From positions 1,838-65,837 of the forward strand of contig CAJTYO010000008.1 of the NCBI GenBank assembly GCA_910584045.1: 64,000 nucleotides of DNA, given 5' to 3'. Below are positions 61,754-64,000 of the stretch, in pieces (the first letter of the stretch is position 1; every line of letters starts with the position of its first letter). The position numbers were made by a program, and so were the translations under genes. The notes below the pieces were generated by a model. It did no database searches and had not been told where the DNA came from. It worked only from the letters and a program-made list of their open reading frames with translations. This stretch comes from an uncultured Oscillospiraceae bacterium. Lineage in GTDB: Bacteria; Bacillota; Clostridia; Oscillospirales; Oscillospiraceae.

Positions 61754-62413
61754 ATGGATTTTTCCCGCTATTTTCCCATCTGGCCGCAGCTGACGGCGGC
61801 GGAGCGGGAGCATCTGTCCGCGGCGGCCGTCTGCCGCGAGGTTAAACAGGGGACGCTGCTCCACAGCGGCTCTGCGGACTGCCTGGGCCTGCTGATGGTG
61901 GAGGCCGGCCGGCTGCGGGCCTATATTCTCTCCGGAGAGGGGCGGGAGATCACCCTGTACCGTCTGTTGGAGAGGGACGTATGCCTGCTTTCCGCCTCCT
62001 GCATGATGCGAGGTGCGCAATTCGACGTGGCGGTGGAGGCGGAACGAGATTCAACCCTGTGGGTCATACCGTCGGAGACATACCGGCAGATCATGGCAAA
62101 CTCCGCCCCGCTGGCCAACTACACCAATGAGCTCATGGCGGGCCGGTTCGCCGACGTGATGTGGCTGATGGAGCAGGTGATGTGGAAAAGCATGGACCGG
62201 CGACTGGCCGCCTTTCTGCTGGAGGAGGCCGCCCTGGAGGAGACGGAGGTCCTGCCTCTCACCCAGGAGCGGATCGGCGCCCACCTGGGGACAGCCCGCG
62301 AGGTGGTCACCCGGATGCTGCGCTACTTTCAGGGCGAGGGCCTGGTGAAGCTGCGCCGCGGCGCGGTGGAGCTCACTGACCCCGCCGGACTGCGTGCGCT
62401 GGCCGGAAAATAG
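61754..62413 (+). CDS. Crp/Fnr family transcriptional regulator
   Basis: cNMP-binding-like beta-barrel, then the C-terminal HTH QERIGAHLGTAREVVTRMLRYFQGEGLV. No N-terminal Fnr-type Cys cluster. Confidence 0.85.
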   Translation: MDFSRYFPIWPQLTAAEREHLSAAAVCREVKQGTLLHSGSADCLGLLMVEAGRLRAYILSGEGREITLYRLLERDVCLLSASCMMRGAQFDVAVEAERDSTLWVIPSETYRQIMANSAPLANYTNELMAGRFADVMWLMEQVMWKSMDRRLAAFLLEEAALEETEVLPLTQERIGAHLGTAREVVTRMLRYFQGEGLVKLRRGAVELTDPAGLRALAGK

Positions 62414-62486
62414 CGCCCCCTTCCCTGCTCACGCTTTCTTTTAAAAAACCATCAAAAGCGCCTTTGACTCGAGACTACATACATTA

Positions 62487-62792
62487 TCAGAGCATGGCCA
62501 GGATCTGCTGCTTAGAGCGGGCGCCGACGGCGCGGCCCACAATCTTTCCGTTCTTCATCACCATCAACGTGGGGATGCTCATGACCCGAAACTGCGCGGC
62601 CAGCTCCTGCTCCTGGTCCACATTGATTTTTCCAACCTTGATGTCGCTGCGCTCCGCGGCGATCTCCTCCACCACCGGCCCCACGGCCCGGCAGGGGCCG
62701 CACCAGGGCGCCCAGAAGTCCACCAGGACCGGCTTGGTACTGTCCAGGACCACCGCCTGGAAGTTGTCCTTCGTTATGTGTAAAGCTGACAT
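62487..62792 (-). CDS. trxA: Thioredoxin
   Basis: VLVDFWAPWCGPCR, PTLMV.KNG. 101 aa. Confidence 0.95.
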   Translation of the reverse strand: MSALHITKDNFQAVVLDSTKPVLVDFWAPWCGPCRAVGPVVEEIAAERSDIKVGKINVDQEQELAAQFRVMSIPTLMVMKNGKIVGRAVGARSKQQILAML

Positions 62793-62863
62793 AGGGTATT
62801 CCTCCTGTTATTGTTTTGATAGGACCATAATACCGGTTTCGGCCGCCCGTTTCCGTGACAAGA

Positions 62864-63439
62864 TCACACTTTACCGTTTTTGGCCCTGCAAATCAGCTGG
62901 GTCATGGTGCCCATGGGGCAGTATACGCACCAGCTGCGGGGCTTGAACAGCACCATTGTGAGCAACCCCAGCACTGTTGAGGTTAGCATCACACTGTAAA
63001 AGCCAAAGGCAAACTGGGCCACGCCGGGGTGGAACAGCGTTCCGTGATAGGCCCACTGCCATGGGAGCTTGAAGGTCCACAGCAGCGTAACCACCTGCCG
63101 CAGCTCCCGTGCGCCGGCAAAGACCAGATAGGTACTCCACAGCATCTGGAAAAACATGGCGAAAAAGAAGATCAAAAAGCCGTACCGGAACCATTTGCTC
63201 TTCATCCACCGGGGTATGTCCCTCCTTCTGGACAGGCCGAACCGTCCGCCCAACAGGCCGAATAGCTGCCCTCTCCCGCAGTAGCGGTTGCAGTACCCCT
63301 TGCTGCCCGCCGCGATGGAGATAATCAGCGGTATAAAAAAGCAGAGCAGCCCCAGCCAGGCAAACAGAATGTTGAAAAAGCCCAGCAGCAGATATGTCAG
63401 CGACGCGATCCAGAGATAATCATACCACCGCTTCTTCAT
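62864..63439 (-). CDS. Polytopic membrane protein with Cys motifs (4Fe-4S-binding membrane protein family candidate)
   Basis: About 191 aa with 4-5 TM segments. Motifs GYCNRYCGRGQ and SWCVYCPMGT. The start overlaps the ferredoxin stop (ATGA). Confidence 0.65.
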   Translation of the reverse strand: MKKRWYDYLWIASLTYLLLGFFNILFAWLGLLCFFIPLIISIAAGSKGYCNRYCGRGQLFGLLGGRFGLSRRRDIPRWMKSKWFRYGFLIFFFAMFFQMLWSTYLVFAGARELRQVVTLLWTFKLPWQWAYHGTLFHPGVAQFAFGFYSVMLTSTVLGLLTMVLFKPRSWCVYCPMGTMTQLICRAKNGKV

Positions 63440-63648
63440 GCGACCACCTCCCCTATTGTGATAACGGACGCGGGACACTCCTTTGCGCACTTCCCGCAGC
63501 CCACGCACCGTTCCGGGTCCACCTGTGCCGTGACGCCATTGACGATCCGTATCGCCGCGAAGGGACAGACCTTCACACAGCAGCCGCAGGCCACGCAGTC
63601 ACGCTGCTCCACCTGCGCCCGGCGCTTTTTCTTTTTCTCTCCAATCAT
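63436..63648 (-). CDS. 2x[4Fe-4S] ferredoxin
   Basis: CVACGCCVKVCP and CVGCGKCAKECP. 70 aa. AAGGAGG RBS. Confidence 0.85.
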   Translation of the reverse strand: MIGEKKKKRRAQVEQRDCVACGCCVKVCPFAAIRIVNGVTAQVDPERCVGCGKCAKECPASVITIGEVVA

Positions 63649-63684
63649 GCTTGCACCTCCTTGGATGATAGGAAATATTCTATC

Positions 63685-63731
63685 AAAAATCCGGCGCGGC
63701 TACCGTGATTTTGTCACAGTAGCCGCGCCGG
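63685..63731 (-). terminator. Intrinsic terminator (minus strand), proximal of a tandem pair
   Basis: Perfect 13-bp stem ccggcgcggctac / gtagccgcgccgg with a 15-nt loop, then a U-run on the minus strand (A5 at 63685-63689). Confidence 0.8.
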
Positions 63732-63752
63732 GTTTCTCATCCGCCAGCGTAC

Positions 63753-63792
63753 AAAAAAACCTACTCCCCCGCCGCCGCGCGCGGCGGGGGAG
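63753..63792 (-). terminator. Intrinsic terminator (minus strand), distal of a tandem pair
   Basis: Perfect 12-bp stem ctcccccgccgc / gcggcgggggag with a 5-nt loop, then U7 on the minus strand (A7 at 63753-63759). Confidence 0.8.
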
Positions 63793-64000
63793 AGTGGGCT
63801 GATGAACAGACACGCTTCTATTGGGCTCTCTTTCTTCCTCTACATACACGCCATATCCTCTGCGCGGCTGGGCGGCGTGTCATACTAATTCTCAATAAAA
63901 ATGAAATTCTTTTATTGGGCCTTAGAATACGGCCCAGCGGCAAAGCCGCCGAGAATGTTGTCAATACTTTTCCTGAAGCGTCAGAAACAGTATTACGCTG

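Noticed and set aside
1-64000. Scan for CRISPR arrays, rRNA/tRNA genes, integrases, intact IS elements, prophage or defence-island gene sets
   Set aside because: I noticed no regularly spaced direct repeats and no cloverleaf-like segments in the intergenic regions. No recombinase, nuclease or defence-type domains appeared in the credible CDS. A tRNAscan, Infernal, PADLOC or DefenseFinder run would be needed to make this negative result firm.

Overview
High-GC (by eye) Firmicutes/Clostridia-type chromosomal segment, densely coding: about 70 CDS plus regulatory elements. All family calls come from reading motifs in the translations. No searches were run. Most of it is housekeeping. (1) TetR plus a fused MacB-type ABC exporter. 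(2) yceD-rpmF, luxS and a DEAD-box helicase. (3) A complete histidine operon, yerC-hisZGDCBHAF-nudix-hisIE. (4) ispE-holA-rnmV. (5) A Mn2+ (yybP-ykoY) riboswitch in front of mntP. (6) A tetrapyrrole operon, cbiL-sirC-hemC-cobA/hemD-X-Y-hemB. (7) lgt plus an M16 peptidase pair. (8) glmU-like-prs-XRE-pth. (9) trmL-pgk-tpiA-gpmI. (10) An orphan sugar-type binding protein next to an MCP. (11) apgM-like, DUF1015 and a PHP phosphatase. (12) An SLH wall protein and a GH51 arabinofuranosidase. (13) A three-gene phosphorelay. (14) A PadR / DUF1700-DUF4097 pair. (15) A Crp/Fnr, thioredoxin and ferredoxin module. I recognised no rRNA, tRNA, CRISPR array, intact mobile element or obvious defence island. 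Two small AT-richer islets look horizontally acquired: about 4.4-5.1 kb (with an IS5-like transposase remnant) and about 21.7-23.0 kb. The best candidate for something undescribed is the phosphorelay at 52.9-58.6 kb. It has no DNA-binding output, and its second hybrid kinase ends in a DegV (fatty-acid-binding family) domain. Secondary leads are a GlmU homolog with a degenerate, truncated uridyltransferase domain, an apgM-like gene whose conserved N-terminus lies upstream of its first ATG, a DUF1015 gene translationally coupled to a PHP phosphatase, and two unknown genes embedded in the tetrapyrrole operon. The many long ORFs antisense to these genes are treated as high-GC shadow ORFs.
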